From: Geotalea uraniireducens Rf4
Lineage (GTDB): Bacteria > Desulfobacterota > Desulfuromonadia > Geobacterales > Geobacteraceae
DNA length: 32,000 bases
Direction of reading: 5' to 3'
Assembly: GCF_000016745.1 (NCBI RefSeq)
Contig: NC_009483.1
Location: 2,640,001-2,672,000, forward strand
The position numbers were made by a program, and so were the translations under genes. This document shows positions 1 through 9,431 of the stretch, piece by piece. The notes beneath the pieces were generated by a model. The model was not told the DNA's origin, ran no database searches, and was given only the letters and a program-made list of their open reading frames with translations. Position 1 is the stretch's first letter. Each line of letters begins with the position of its first letter.

Positions 1-59
1 TGGGCAACCACGAGGAGTGCCGTGCTGTTTATAATCCATTTGATGATGAGCTGTTTCAC
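1..59 (-). CDS. Partial CDS (N-terminus only, runs off the window): small membrane protein, DUF360 / phage-holin-4-like N-terminus
   Basis: The minus strand reads GTG AAA CAG CTC ATC ATC AAA TGG ATT ATA AAC AGC ACG GCA CTC CTC GTG GTT GCC = VKQLIIKWIINSTALLVVA. It is preceded by GAGGAGGAGA (SD) with about 3-4 nt spacing. The pattern resembles the N-terminus of DUF360-family membrane proteins. Only 19 codons are visible. Confidence 0.35.
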   Translation of the reverse strand, partial: MKQLIIKWIINSTALLVVA

Positions 60-188
60 TGTCTCCTCCTCAAGTCCACGATCAACATCGCCTGAAACGA
101 TGCTGCGCTTGCTTCTTTAAACATACCACAACTGCGAAGAATGCGACAAGGCCGGTGATTTGGCCCACCGCCACGAGACCCTCCAACA

Positions 189-207
189 GCACATGCAGGG
201 CATGTGC
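189..207. repeat. Perfect 8-bp inverted repeat with a 3-nt spacer (GCACATGC-AGG-GCATGTGC) in a divergent intergenic region
   Basis: Read directly from the sequence. It lies between the divergently oriented partial gene (1-59, minus) and the histidine kinase (403, plus). It could be an operator or a hairpin; function unknown. Confidence 0.5.
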
Positions 208-402
208 GTCGGCATTGCGTACATTTACAAAGCTTAGCGCTGTATGGTCCGCAGTCAATGTGAGTCACCCTACAAAATATGAACTGCCCTCCGACTTGCC
301 CCCCCTCCTCTTCCTGTTATTATTACGAAATACTTAGCCCGATTGCAAATGGCAGCGAGAGCGATGAATTGCAGTATCGGTAACCGGACAAAGGAGAACC
401 CC

Positions 403-3078
403 ATGCAGTTTGAGTTGCGTCTTCGGGAAAGCGAGGAGCTGTTTCATATACAGGTGGAGGGGGTGAAGGACTACGCGGTTTTCATGCTCGATACTCAGGG
501 AAATGTCCTGAATTGGAATGCGGGCGCTGAGCGCTTGAAGGGTTATCGGGACGAGGAGATTATCGGTAAACATTTCTCCTGTTTCTATACCGAAGAGGAG
601 CGGGCTGCCGGCAAGCCCGGAGAAGAACTCAAAAAAGCCGCGGCCGAGGGGCGGGTTGCAGATGAGGGGTGGCGGATCCGCAAGGACGGGAGCCGGTTCT
701 GGGCCGATGTGATAATAACGGCGCTCCACGATGAAAACGGGAACCTGCGGGGGTTCTCAATAGTGACGCGCGACAACACCGAACGAAAAAAGACGGAAGA
801 TGCCCTGCGTTTCAGCGAAGAACGTTATCGGGCCTTGTTTCGCGACAACCCGACCATGATCGTTACCCTCGATACCAAGTGGAAGATGCTCTCGGTCAAT
901 CCATTTTGCGCAAGCCAATTGGGCTACACGACAAATGAACTGGAAGGTCAATCGGTACTGAATCTGTTCCATGAAGACGACCGCCCTGCCGTGACCGAGC
1001 AGCTACAGATGTGTTTGCGGAACCCAGATCAGGTGTATCACTGGCAGTTTCGCAAGATCCGCAAAGACGGGAGCCTGCTCTGGGTGGAGGAAACAGCGCA
1101 GGCGGTGTATGACCTGGGCGGCGCGCTCAACGTCCTGGTAGTCAGTCAGGACATCACCGAGCGCAAGCGGGCAGAAGAGGAACAGGAACAACTGCTGGTG
1201 CAACTCGACGCTGTCCTGAACAGCATCAACGAAGGAGTTATCATCTCCGACCTCGAGGGCAACGTGCTGACAATGAACCCGTCGGCACTGGCCATCCACG
1301 AATATGAAAATGTCGAGCAGGTCCGGCGGCAGCTGCACCTGTACCAGGAGACCTTCGAACTGTCCGACCTTGATGGACACCCGGTGCCGTTCGAACAATG
1401 GCCACAGGCCCGCGCGCTCCGCGGCGAACGGTTTGCCGACTACGAGGTGAGCGTCCGACGCAAGGATACGGATAAATCGTGGATCGGCAGCTATAGCGGC
1501 ACACCTGTGCAGACCAAGTCGGGTGACATCATCCTCTCCGTCGTCACGTTGCGCGACATCACCGAGCGCAAACGAGTGGAGGAGGCGCTACGGGAATCGG
1601 AGAACAAGTTCTCCAAGGTCTTCCAAACGACGCCGAGCATCCTCGTCATAACGTCCCTGGCAGACGGGAGGTACCTGGAGGTCAACGAGGCCTTCGAACG
1701 GGTGATGGGCTACCGCCGCGACGAGGTGATCGGCCGTACTTCGATGGAGCTCCACATCTGGCAGAACCCGGAAGATCGGGCCATTGTACTCCGGATGCTC
1801 GCTGAAGGAAAGAAAGTACATGACATGGAGATCGGCTTAAGGAACAAATCGGGAACCATTCTAGTCGGCCTCTATTCGACGGAGATCATCGAAATCGGCG
1901 CGGAACAATGTCTGTTGAACGTGTTGAACGACATCACCGCCCGCAAGAAGGCGGAAGAAGAGCTGCGCCACAGCGAGGAGCGCTATCGCCGTCTCTACAA
2001 CGATACCCCGGTCATGCTCCATTCCATCGATCATGACGGGCGGTTGGTCAGCGTCAGCAATTACTGGCTCGAAACTCTCGGCTATGAGAGAAGCGAGGTG
2101 CTCGGCCGGCTATCCACGGAATTTCTCACGGCGGCATCCCGTTACTACGCCACCGAGTTTGTTCTTCCCGAATATTACCGGACCGGCTCCTGTAAGGAAG
2201 TGCCGTACCAGATGGTGAAGAAGAACGGCGAGATCCTGGACGTCCTCCTTTCCGCCATAGCGGAACGGGACAGCGAGGGGAAGGTCGTCCGCTCGCTCGC
2301 CGTCATAGTTGATGTGACCGATCGCAAGCAGGCGGATGAGGAGATCGAACGGCTGAACACCGACCTGGCGGCACGGGCCGCCGAGCTGGAGGCCGCCAAC
2401 CGGGAACTGGAGGCGTTCAACTACACGGTTGCCCACGATCTGCGCAAGCCGTTGACCGTGGTAAACGGCTATTGCCAGGCAATCCAGGAGCTGTGTGGCG
2501 ACAAACTCGGCGAGCAGTGCAAGGGTTTCCTCCGGGAGGCTTACGACGGCACCTGGCGCATGAACCGACTTATCGATGCCCTGCTCAACTTCTCTCGCCT
2601 GGCCCACGTTGAGACGCGCCGGGAAACGGTTGATTTCTCCGCCATGGCGCATGAGGTTGCCGCGGAGCTGAAGCTGGCCGAGCCGAAGCGCCGGGTCACG
2701 TTTCTTATCGCCGACGGGGTTAGTGCCGACGGGGATGCCGCCCTCTTGCGGGTGGTCCTGGATAACCTCCTCGGCAACGCCTGGAAGTACTCCGGCATGC
2801 GGGAGGAGACGGTCATTGAGTTCAGCGCGACGGAGATCGACGGGATGCCGGTTTATTTCGTCCGGGACAACGGAGTCGGTTTTAACAAGGCGGACGCGGA
2901 CAAACTCTTTGTCCCATTCCAGCGCCTCCCCGGCGCCGAAGAATGCAAAGGTTTCGGTATCGGTCTGGCCACGGTGGAGAAGATCATCCGGCGCCATGGC
3001 GGGAAGGTCTGGGCCAAGGGGGAGCCGGGCAATGGGGCGACCTTCTATTTTACGTTGAGCGGTGACAAAACCATCTGA
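403..3078 (+). CDS. Cytoplasmic multi-PAS sensor histidine kinase (five PAS/PAC modules + HisKA + HATPase_c)
   Basis: ORF 343-3078. I prefer the ATG at 403 because AAGGAGA sits 5 nt upstream. Five PAS-PAC units each end in a D[IVN]T[EAD]RK linker (DNTERKK, DITERKR x2, DITARKK, DVTDRKQ). H-box FNYTVAHDLRKPL. N/G boxes LLGNAWKY, DNGVGF, GFGIGLATV. No hydrophobic TM segment. Confidence 0.9.
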   Translation: MQFELRLRESEELFHIQVEGVKDYAVFMLDTQGNVLNWNAGAERLKGYRDEEIIGKHFSCFYTEEERAAGKPGEELKKAAAEGRVADEGWRIRKDGSRFWADVIITALHDENGNLRGFSIVTRDNTERKKTEDALRFSEERYRALFRDNPTMIVTLDTKWKMLSVNPFCASQLGYTTNELEGQSVLNLFHEDDRPAVTEQLQMCLRNPDQVYHWQFRKIRKDGSLLWVEETAQAVYDLGGALNVLVVSQDITERKRAEEEQEQLLVQLDAVLNSINEGVIISDLEGNVLTMNPSALAIHEYENVEQVRRQLHLYQETFELSDLDGHPVPFEQWPQARALRGERFADYEVSVRRKDTDKSWIGSYSGTPVQTKSGDIILSVVTLRDITERKRVEEALRESENKFSKVFQTTPSILVITSLADGRYLEVNEAFERVMGYRRDEVIGRTSMELHIWQNPEDRAIVLRMLAEGKKVHDMEIGLRNKSGTILVGLYSTEIIEIGAEQCLLNVLNDITARKKAEEELRHSEERYRRLYNDTPVMLHSIDHDGRLVSVSNYWLETLGYERSEVLGRLSTEFLTAASRYYATEFVLPEYYRTGSCKEVPYQMVKKNGEILDVLLSAIAERDSEGKVVRSLAVIVDVTDRKQADEEIERLNTDLAARAAELEAANRELEAFNYTVAHDLRKPLTVVNGYCQAIQELCGDKLGEQCKGFLREAYDGTWRMNRLIDALLNFSRLAHVETRRETVDFSAMAHEVAAELKLAEPKRRVTFLIADGVSADGDAALLRVVLDNLLGNAWKYSGMREETVIEFSATEIDGMPVYFVRDNGVGFNKADADKLFVPFQRLPGAEECKGFGIGLATVEKIIRRHGGKVWAKGEPGNGATFYFTLSGDKTI

Positions 3079-3130
3079 CAAACATCATACGGTCGTTAGT
3101 GGGGCGGCGAGCAGCAAGAATAGGAAGAGA

Positions 3131-3202
3131 GGTGCCGATTTCCTCATCAAGGCCGCGGATGAAGCCCTTTACCGGGCAAAAGAAAACGGCCGCAACCGCG
3201 TC
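3131..3202 (+). pseudogene. Stranded C-terminal fragment of a GGDEF (diguanylate cyclase) domain
   Basis: Translates to GADFLIKAADEALYRAKENGRNRV, the characteristic last helix of GGDEF domains (ADxALYxAKxxGRNRV). No GG[DE]EF core or upstream domain is present. The frame differs from the kinase that ends at 3078. Confidence 0.6.
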
Positions 3203-3333
3203 CGCCCTTTAGCGTCCCCCTCTCCTCCCAGGGGGGATTCTGGGAACATGCATGATAAGTACAGTCCCTTCCCATGCAATACCGCACGCATCAGCTCCCG
3301 AAAGCGCTCATCGTCGCGACATCATCACCATTT

Positions 3334-4275
3334 TCATACTGTGATTCCGTCCAGTCTGCGAATCCCTTCTTCCCGGGCGATTGCCACCGCTTCCTCGAAT
3401 TCACCGCTGGTTATCCTCCTGTTCATCGACGGGTGCTCAGAGGCCTTGAAGCAGGGGCGGTACTGGTCCATGATGTTGACGTAGGTGTCGGGAGATATCT
3501 CCCGGGCGATAAATTCCATTACCTGGCGGGTGCCGGCGAGTCCGGCAGGCAAGACCAGGTGCCGGACGAGGAGGCCGCGTACGGCAATCCCCCTTTCGTC
3601 CATGACCAGGTCCCCTACCTGGCGATGCATCTCCTTCAGGGCCTCTTTGGCTGTTACGACATAGTGGGGGATGCCGGAGAGCAGAAGTGCCGTCGCACTG
3701 TCGCCGTATTTGAAGTCGGGCATGTAGATGTCGAAGATACCGTCGAGAAGGCGCAGAGTTGCCGGCTCTTCATAGCCGCCGCAGTTGTAGACGAGAGGGA
3801 TGTTGAGCCCCCGATCGATGGCGTACGGCAGCGCCGTAAGGATCTGAGCGGCCTGGTGGGAGGGGGTAACGAAATTGATGTTGTGGCATCCCTGGCGCCA
3901 GAGTGACAACATCATCTCCCCCAGTTCGTCAACCTGCACCTCACGTCCCTCCCCCAGGTGGCTGATATCGTAGTTCTGGCAGAAGACGCACTTCATGTTG
4001 CAGTAGGTAAGGAAGATGGTGCCGCTGCCGTGCACCCCCACGAGGGGGCGCTCCTCGCCGAAATGTGGGCCATAACTGGAAACCATTGGTAGTGCCCCGA
4101 CCCGGCACACCCCTTTTTCTCCTTCGAGACGGTTGACATGGCAGTGCCACGGGCAGAGGGTACAGTCGGCAAGGATTTCCAGGAAGGCCTCGACACGCCT
4201 GGCGAGCTCACCGCTCTTGTGAAGACGGATGTAACTTGGCTCAATTGTCGGTTCTTTCTGCGGAGAAGGACTCAT
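3334..4275 (-). CDS. Radical SAM protein, PflX-like (putative pyruvate formate-lyase activating enzyme family)
   Basis: 313 aa. CX3CX2C radical SAM cluster motif CNMKCVFCQN. N-terminal extra Cys cluster CTLCPWHCHVNRLEGEKGVC, typical of the PflX/COG1313 group. Confidence 0.8.
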   Translation of the reverse strand: MSPSPQKEPTIEPSYIRLHKSGELARRVEAFLEILADCTLCPWHCHVNRLEGEKGVCRVGALPMVSSYGPHFGEERPLVGVHGSGTIFLTYCNMKCVFCQNYDISHLGEGREVQVDELGEMMLSLWRQGCHNINFVTPSHQAAQILTALPYAIDRGLNIPLVYNCGGYEEPATLRLLDGIFDIYMPDFKYGDSATALLLSGIPHYVVTAKEALKEMHRQVGDLVMDERGIAVRGLLVRHLVLPAGLAGTRQVMEFIAREISPDTYVNIMDQYRPCFKASEHPSMNRRITSGEFEEAVAIAREEGIRRLDGITV

Positions 4276-4282
4276 GTCGACA

Positions 4283-6385
4283 TTATCCTAGCTCATCGAG
4301 CAGCGCTCCGAGCGCATCAGCCCTGGTCACCGACGGCCGACAGGCACCCTTGGCACAGACGTAGGCGGTGGGGAGGCCGCCGACAGTCGGGGACTCTCCA
4401 CCTTCGCCTCCATAACGGAGGGCCAGATTCGGAATGAAACGGCGGTGGACGGCATCAAGCATCCCCCCCAACTCTTCCCTATTTCCCGCAAGGGTAACCG
4501 TCACCTCCGGCCCCAGGTGATAGTCAGAGGCTGAGAGGAAATTGAGGGAGGCGAGCGGCTGCCGGGTGACATCCCCCATGAAGGTCCGGACAACGGCCTC
4601 GCCCGACTCAAGGAACCGGCCATCACCGGTAATCCGACCAAGGCGGAACAGGTCAAAGGCAGCCACGCTGTTGCCTGATGGAAGGACTCCGTCACGGGCG
4701 CTCTGCCGTATCACGGGGAGTTGTTCGCTGTCGAGGCCGGTTTCATAGAGCCCGCCCTTTCCGCTGTGGAAGAGGCGTAGCATCTCGTCGGCCAGGAAAC
4801 GTGCGCTGTCGAGGAATTCAGGCTCAAGGGTCACCTGGTGAAGTTCGATGAGCCCCCAGACAAAAAAGGCATAATCATCGAGGAAGGCGGGTACGGAGGC
4901 CTCTCCCAAATGGAAACTGCGCATGAGCCTGCCGCCGGGGGAGGTCAGTCTTGTTCCGATAAAGGCTGCGGCCCGCTTCGCTGCCGCCAGGAAGCGCTCC
5001 TCGCCGGAAAGGGCGTACCCCCTCGCCAAGGCAGCGATCATGAGGCCGTTCCAGGCGGTAAGCACTTTTTCGTCCCGGAACGGACGGATACGGTTTCCCC
5101 TCACCTTGAGGAGCGTATGCCGCCATCGTTCCAAGTCGGCGGTGAGCACCTCGGTGAGTATCGCCTCCCTGGCCGCAAAGGTCTCAGGGGGAACGGGGAG
5201 ATGGAGGATGTTCCGCCCCTCGAAATTTCCCTTTTCGGTGACGTCGAAGAGCCGGCAGAAAACCTGCGCTTCGTCATGACCGATGGCGGCCGCGATTTCG
5301 GCCGGCGTCCAGATGTAGTAGTTCCCCTCCTCCCCCTCCGTGTCGGCGTCCTGCCCGGCAAAGAAGCCCCCCTCCGGTGAGGTCATCTCCCCGAGCACGT
5401 AGGCGAAAACCTCTTCCGCCACCTGCCGGTAAAAGGGAACAGCGGTCGCCTGGAAGGCATCCAGATACCCAATGGCTATGAGGGCCTGATCGTAGAGCAT
5501 TTTTTCGAAGTGGGGGACAAGCCACTGCCGGTCGACGGCGTAGCGGTGGAAGCCGAAACCGATTTGGTCGTATATCCCACCCTGGCGGAGCATGCGGAGG
5601 GTATGCTCCACCATGGCAAGAGATGCGCCATTGCCGCTCCTCTTCCAGAAGCGGAGAAGAAAGGTGAGGTAAAGGGGCATGGGGAACTTGGGAACGTTAC
5701 CGAACCCTCCCCACAGGTCGTCGTACATCTCCGTCAACTGCTGGTAGGCGTTTTGCACCAACACCATGTCAGGCAGGCTGCCGGGATGAGGCTGAAAATG
5801 GTGGGTCAGGGCCTCGATGGTGACATCTGAATCTTGCTCCAGTTTCTGCCGCTCCGTGCGCCAGAGTTCGGCCACCCTTTCAAGGATCTGAATGATCCCC
5901 GGCATCCCCATGCGCGGCGTTCGTGGCATGTACGTGGCGGCAAAGAACGGCTTTTTCTCGGGGGTCATGAAGATGTTGAGAGGCCAGCCGCCGCTGCCGG
6001 TCATCATCTGTGCCACAGCCATGTACTGCTCGTCGATGTCCGGCCGCTCCTCCCGGTCCACCTTGATGCAGATAAAAAAGCGATTGAATACCGCGGCTAC
6101 TTCACGGTCTTCGAACGCCTCGTGCTCCATGACGTGACACCAGTGGCAGGTGGCATAGCCGATGGAAAGGAAAATCGGTTTGTCATCGGCAGCTGCCTTT
6201 GCAAAGGCATCCTCCCCCCAGGGGTACCAGTCGACCGGATTAGTGGCATGCTGGAGGAGATAGGGGCTCATGGCGAAGATCAGACGGTTGAACTCCGGTC
6301 CACCGTCGGACGGCAGGGTGCTTTTGTCGAGCTCGATCAGGCGCTTGATGCGTACGTTTTCGTCCTTCAGATCATTGCCGCTCAT
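4283..6385 (-). CDS. Thioredoxin-domain protein, DUF255 / YyaL-like (N-terminal thioredoxin-like fold + six-hairpin glycosidase-like domain)
   Basis: About 700 aa. Hallmark [14 protein letters not shown] motif of the DUF255 family. The ORF opens at 6415, but the ATG at 6385 has a G-rich SD-like stretch upstream. The start is uncertain by 10 codons. Confidence 0.8.
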   Translation of the reverse strand: MSGNDLKDENVRIKRLIELDKSTLPSDGGPEFNRLIFAMSPYLLQHATNPVDWYPWGEDAFAKAAADDKPIFLSIGYATCHWCHVMEHEAFEDREVAAVFNRFFICIKVDREERPDIDEQYMAVAQMMTGSGGWPLNIFMTPEKKPFFAATYMPRTPRMGMPGIIQILERVAELWRTERQKLEQDSDVTIEALTHHFQPHPGSLPDMVLVQNAYQQLTEMYDDLWGGFGNVPKFPMPLYLTFLLRFWKRSGNGASLAMVEHTLRMLRQGGIYDQIGFGFHRYAVDRQWLVPHFEKMLYDQALIAIGYLDAFQATAVPFYRQVAEEVFAYVLGEMTSPEGGFFAGQDADTEGEEGNYYIWTPAEIAAAIGHDEAQVFCRLFDVTEKGNFEGRNILHLPVPPETFAAREAILTEVLTADLERWRHTLLKVRGNRIRPFRDEKVLTAWNGLMIAALARGYALSGEERFLAAAKRAAAFIGTRLTSPGGRLMRSFHLGEASVPAFLDDYAFFVWGLIELHQVTLEPEFLDSARFLADEMLRLFHSGKGGLYETGLDSEQLPVIRQSARDGVLPSGNSVAAFDLFRLGRITGDGRFLESGEAVVRTFMGDVTRQPLASLNFLSASDYHLGPEVTVTLAGNREELGGMLDAVHRRFIPNLALRYGGEGGESPTVGGLPTAYVCAKGACRPSVTRADALGALLDELG

Positions 6386-6443
6386 GTTTCCCCCGGCCGG
6401 CGCCGCCCGCAACATCTAGCGACAATTTTAGCCGATAATTACT

Positions 6444-7785
6444 GGCTCCTCGACGAATTGAGTGGGTAGCCTGGGCCGGGTTGATGTAAGATAGGCCACC
6501 ATCACTCAGCCTGGAGGTTAGTAATCGCTATGAATCCTGAAGATCTTTTTGGTGCTGCTCTTGGAATTGCCATCCCGTGGAAGGTTACCTCTGTTGACTT
6601 CAACAAGAAGTCAAGTCGTTTGGACATAACCATCGACTTCCAGCGGGGAGCCACCTTTCCCTGTCCGGTCTGCGGAACGTTGTCACCAGTCCATGACACC
6701 ACGGAGAAAGAGTGGCGGCATCTGAATTTCTTCCAGTACGAAGCCTACCTTCATGCGCGTGTTCCACGGGTAAAGTGCCCTAACAGCGACTGCGGCGTGA
6801 AGTTGGTCCAGGTACCCTGGGCTCGCGCAGGCTCAGGATTTACGCTGCTGTTTGAGGCCCTGGCCATGACCATGGCTCGTGATTTGCCGGTGAAGGTCAT
6901 GAGCAGGCTGTTTGCCGTTACCGATACCCGTCTATGGCGGTTGATTCAATCCTATGTCGAGAAGGCAAGGGCCGCAGAAGACTTCTCCGAGGTGAAGAGG
7001 GTCGGTGCGGATGAAACCTTTGCCGGGCGCAGTCATGACGAGAAATTCGTCACCTTCTTCTTCGACCTCGACATGCATAAGCTCTTGTTCGGCACGACGG
7101 GAAAGGACAACGAAACAGTCAAGAGCTTCGTCGCGGACCTTAAGTCACATGGCGGCGATCCTGATAGCATCACAGACGCTGCTATTGACATGTCCAAGGC
7201 ATTCATAAAGGGTGTCAAAGAGCAGTTGCCCCATGCCGTGGTCACCTTCGATAAATTCCACGTCATCAAGCTTATGAACGATAAGCTTAGTAAGATAAGG
7301 GCTCAAGAAGCCAGGTTATTTCCTGAAATCCTGAAAAAGAGCAGAAACCTGTTCCTCAAAAATCCAGAGAACCTGACACCGGAAGAGGAACAGCGCCTGG
7401 ATGCCATTATCACCAGTCAAAGCTTAAGGAGTACGGAAGCTTACATGCACAAGCTGAACCTTCAGAACGTCTATTTTGCTTCAAGCCGAACGGAGGCAGA
7501 AACCCTGTTGACCAAATGGCATCGGAAAGCCGCCGCAAGCTCAATCCAACTCATCAAGAACATGGCCGAATCTGTAAAAGAGCATTGGGATGGCATTCTG
7601 GCACATTTTGAAAGCGGCCTGACTAGCGGCTTCATTGAGGGCATCAACAGCCTAATTCAATCAGCCAAAACTCGGGCACGAGGCTATCGGAATCCTGACA
7701 ACTTGATCTGCATGGCTTATCTGGTTGCAGGCAAGCTCAACCTAAAGTCGCTATTCCCTCTACCCACTTGATTCGTTGCAGAGCC
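6444..7785 (+). mobile_element. Complete ISL3-family insertion sequence (1342 bp) with imperfect terminal IRs and an 8-bp target-site duplication
   Basis: IRL 6444-6466 is GGCTCCTCGACGAATTGAGTGGG. The reverse complement of IRR 7763-7785 is GGCTCTGCAACGAATCAAGTGGG, matching at 18/23 positions. Identical TAATTACT lies directly outside both ends (6436-6443 and 7786-7793). The transposase stop lies inside IRR. Confidence 0.9.
6530..7771 (+). CDS. ISL3-family transposase (N-terminal zinc-finger + DDE domain)
   Basis: 413 aa, uninterrupted. Zinc-finger CPVCG...CPNSDCG. Core GADETF...FDKFHVIKL...GFIEGINSLIQSAKTRARGYRN is typical of IS204/IS1001/IS1096/IS1165-type (ISL3) transposases. Confidence 0.9.
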   Translation: MNPEDLFGAALGIAIPWKVTSVDFNKKSSRLDITIDFQRGATFPCPVCGTLSPVHDTTEKEWRHLNFFQYEAYLHARVPRVKCPNSDCGVKLVQVPWARAGSGFTLLFEALAMTMARDLPVKVMSRLFAVTDTRLWRLIQSYVEKARAAEDFSEVKRVGADETFAGRSHDEKFVTFFFDLDMHKLLFGTTGKDNETVKSFVADLKSHGGDPDSITDAAIDMSKAFIKGVKEQLPHAVVTFDKFHVIKLMNDKLSKIRAQEARLFPEILKKSRNLFLKNPENLTPEEEQRLDAIITSQSLRSTEAYMHKLNLQNVYFASSRTEAETLLTKWHRKAAASSIQLIKNMAESVKEHWDGILAHFESGLTSGFIEGINSLIQSAKTRARGYRNPDNLICMAYLVAGKLNLKSLFPLPT

Positions 7786-7935
7786 TAATTACTTGCCTCC
7801 AACCATCGCAATTATACCGCAAAAACAATCGGTGCAAATCATGGGAATTTCAAACAGATAACAACGTGTGGGAGATCAATCAACAGACTTGAGGCAGCGA
7901 CGCAAAGAGCTTACAGAAGGAACCTTATACGCTTA

Positions 7936-8832
7936 TTACTGTCCCAATTTTCCACTCATTTCATAATTCACACTTAAACCATTTTCCTGCTTGACTAAAC
8001 CACCTATTCTGTCAGCAGTCTCCTCCATCAATATATCGAGTAAAACCTTCTTTTTCTTCGGAGGAGTGATAACATGCGGCTCGCCTTTAATCCCAGCCAA
8101 CTTCCCTGCCTCCTCTATGGCATCCTGCATTGTGCCGAGATTGTCGACTAGTTTAAGTGCAAGTGCCTGCTCACCAGAGTATATGCGTCCATCGGCCAGC
8201 GTTTTCACCTGTTCCAGAGGTAACTTTCTCCCCTCGGCAACTGCTTTAACAAACTGACCGTGAGTGCTGTCAATTACACCTTGCAGCATGGCCTTATCCT
8301 CTACCGACATGGTCCGGACCGGTGATCCAACGTCTTTATATTTACCAGTCTTAATGGTAAAGGCCTTCATTCCGATTTTATCCATCAGTCCTTCGATATT
8401 TGAGAACTTCATCAAGACGCCGATACTGCCGGTGATGGTCCCTGGATTCGCAAATATCTTCGTCGCAGGCGCGGCTATATAATAACCGCCTGAAGCGGCA
8501 ACGCTCCCCATGGATACCACTACTTTCTTCTTCAAGGCCAGTTTTTTTACGGCATCATAAATCTCTTGTGATGGCCCCACTACACCGCCTGGTGACTCAA
8601 TACGTAAAACAACCGCCTTGACGTTTTCGTTCTTTTTGAAATCAAACAACTGCTTTACCGTTTCTTGAGAGTCAAGGATAATTCCCTTCACCTCAACAAG
8701 ACCAATACCCTCTTTCCCAACAAAATCCGTCTTCTCCCCCGTAATGGTGGTAGCAATGTATAGCGACGCCACAAAGAAGATAAATATCAACATGACGACA
8801 GCCAATCCGAACAAGAGCCATTTAATTTTCAT
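7936..8832 (-). CDS. sppA: Signal peptide peptidase SppA, 36K type
   Basis: 298 aa. N-terminal TM anchor. ClpP/crotonase-like core with GSVAASGGYYIA (Ser nucleophile region) and the downstream GKYKD lysine region. Confidence 0.85.
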   Translation of the reverse strand: MKIKWLLFGLAVVMLIFIFFVASLYIATTITGEKTDFVGKEGIGLVEVKGIILDSQETVKQLFDFKKNENVKAVVLRIESPGGVVGPSQEIYDAVKKLALKKKVVVSMGSVAASGGYYIAAPATKIFANPGTITGSIGVLMKFSNIEGLMDKIGMKAFTIKTGKYKDVGSPVRTMSVEDKAMLQGVIDSTHGQFVKAVAEGRKLPLEQVKTLADGRIYSGEQALALKLVDNLGTMQDAIEEAGKLAGIKGEPHVITPPKKKKVLLDILMEETADRIGGLVKQENGLSVNYEMSGKLGQ

Positions 8833-8931
8833 AATTGCACCACTATTTCCTTGCCATTTAAACCAGCAATATCATAACTTGTAAATTAATATTAAAAATA
8901 GAGCGAAAAAGTAAATTCATCACAATCAATC

Positions 8932-9402
8932 ATGAAAATCCTTATTTTCTCAGATTCCCATGGCAATTATCCACTGGCAATCAAGGCGCTGGATAACGCT
9001 GGTCAGGTTGACCAGGTCATTCACCTCGGCGATGGAGCGGATGACGCCCAAATTATCGAAGATCTTTTGCGACAAAAGGTCATCACCGTTGCTGGTAATT
9101 GCGACTTCAAGACGTCCATACCGAGAGACATCCAAATAACGATCGACCATATGAAGTTATTTATTACGCACGGTCACAAGTATAATGTCAAAATGGGACT
9201 TAAGCAACTTTACAACAAAGCAATTGCTGAACAAACATCAATAGTGCTCTATGGACACACCCATATTGCAGCTATTGAGACAATAAATAACATAACATTC
9301 ATAAATCCAGGCTGCCTAAGTCAAAGCTGCACCTTTACCAGTTATGCCATCCTCAGTATTATTTCCGGGAAAGTATCTGCAGAAATTGTGGAAATACGCT
9401 AG
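8932..9402 (+). CDS. YfcE/MJ0936-family metallophosphoesterase
   Basis: 156 aa. Ordered metallophosphoesterase motifs DSHG, GDGAD, GNCD, THGH, GHTH. Confidence 0.85.
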   Translation: MKILIFSDSHGNYPLAIKALDNAGQVDQVIHLGDGADDAQIIEDLLRQKVITVAGNCDFKTSIPRDIQITIDHMKLFITHGHKYNVKMGLKQLYNKAIAEQTSIVLYGHTHIAAIETINNITFINPGCLSQSCTFTSYAILSIISGKVSAEIVEIR

Positions 9403-9431
9403 GAATTAGAGAAAGTCTTTTATATATTTTC

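Noticed and set aside
1-59. Holin-like N-terminus as evidence of a prophage
   Set aside because: DUF360 / holin-4-like proteins are common chromosomal membrane proteins. No phage genes are visible and only 19 codons are available.
56-337. Cys-rich 70-aa minus-strand ORF and 60-aa plus-strand ORF in the first intergenic region
   Set aside because: They have no SD and improbable composition (CRRTCPACAVGGSRGGG…). They overlap each other in a divergent promoter region, so they are probably non-coding.
2110-3081. 323-aa minus-strand ORF, plus several 60-130-aa ORFs on both strands between 334 and 3058
   Set aside because: They lie entirely inside the well-supported histidine kinase gene. Their Arg/Pro/Gly-rich compositions are typical of shadow ORFs in GC-rich coding DNA, and none has an SD.
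3062-3484. The 140-aa ORF as a genuine CDS
   Set aside because: Only residues 24-47 resemble anything (the GGDEF tail). The rest is Ser/Arg/His-rich and runs antisense into the radical SAM gene. I treated it as a pseudogene fragment only.
3274-6469. Long plus-strand ORFs (3274-3906, 4838-5380, 5510-5830, 5834-6469) and other antisense ORFs
   Set aside because: They are antisense to the radical SAM and DUF255 genes, which carry clear family motifs. Their compositions are low-complexity and Arg/Gly/Pro-biased, so they are GC-driven shadow ORFs.
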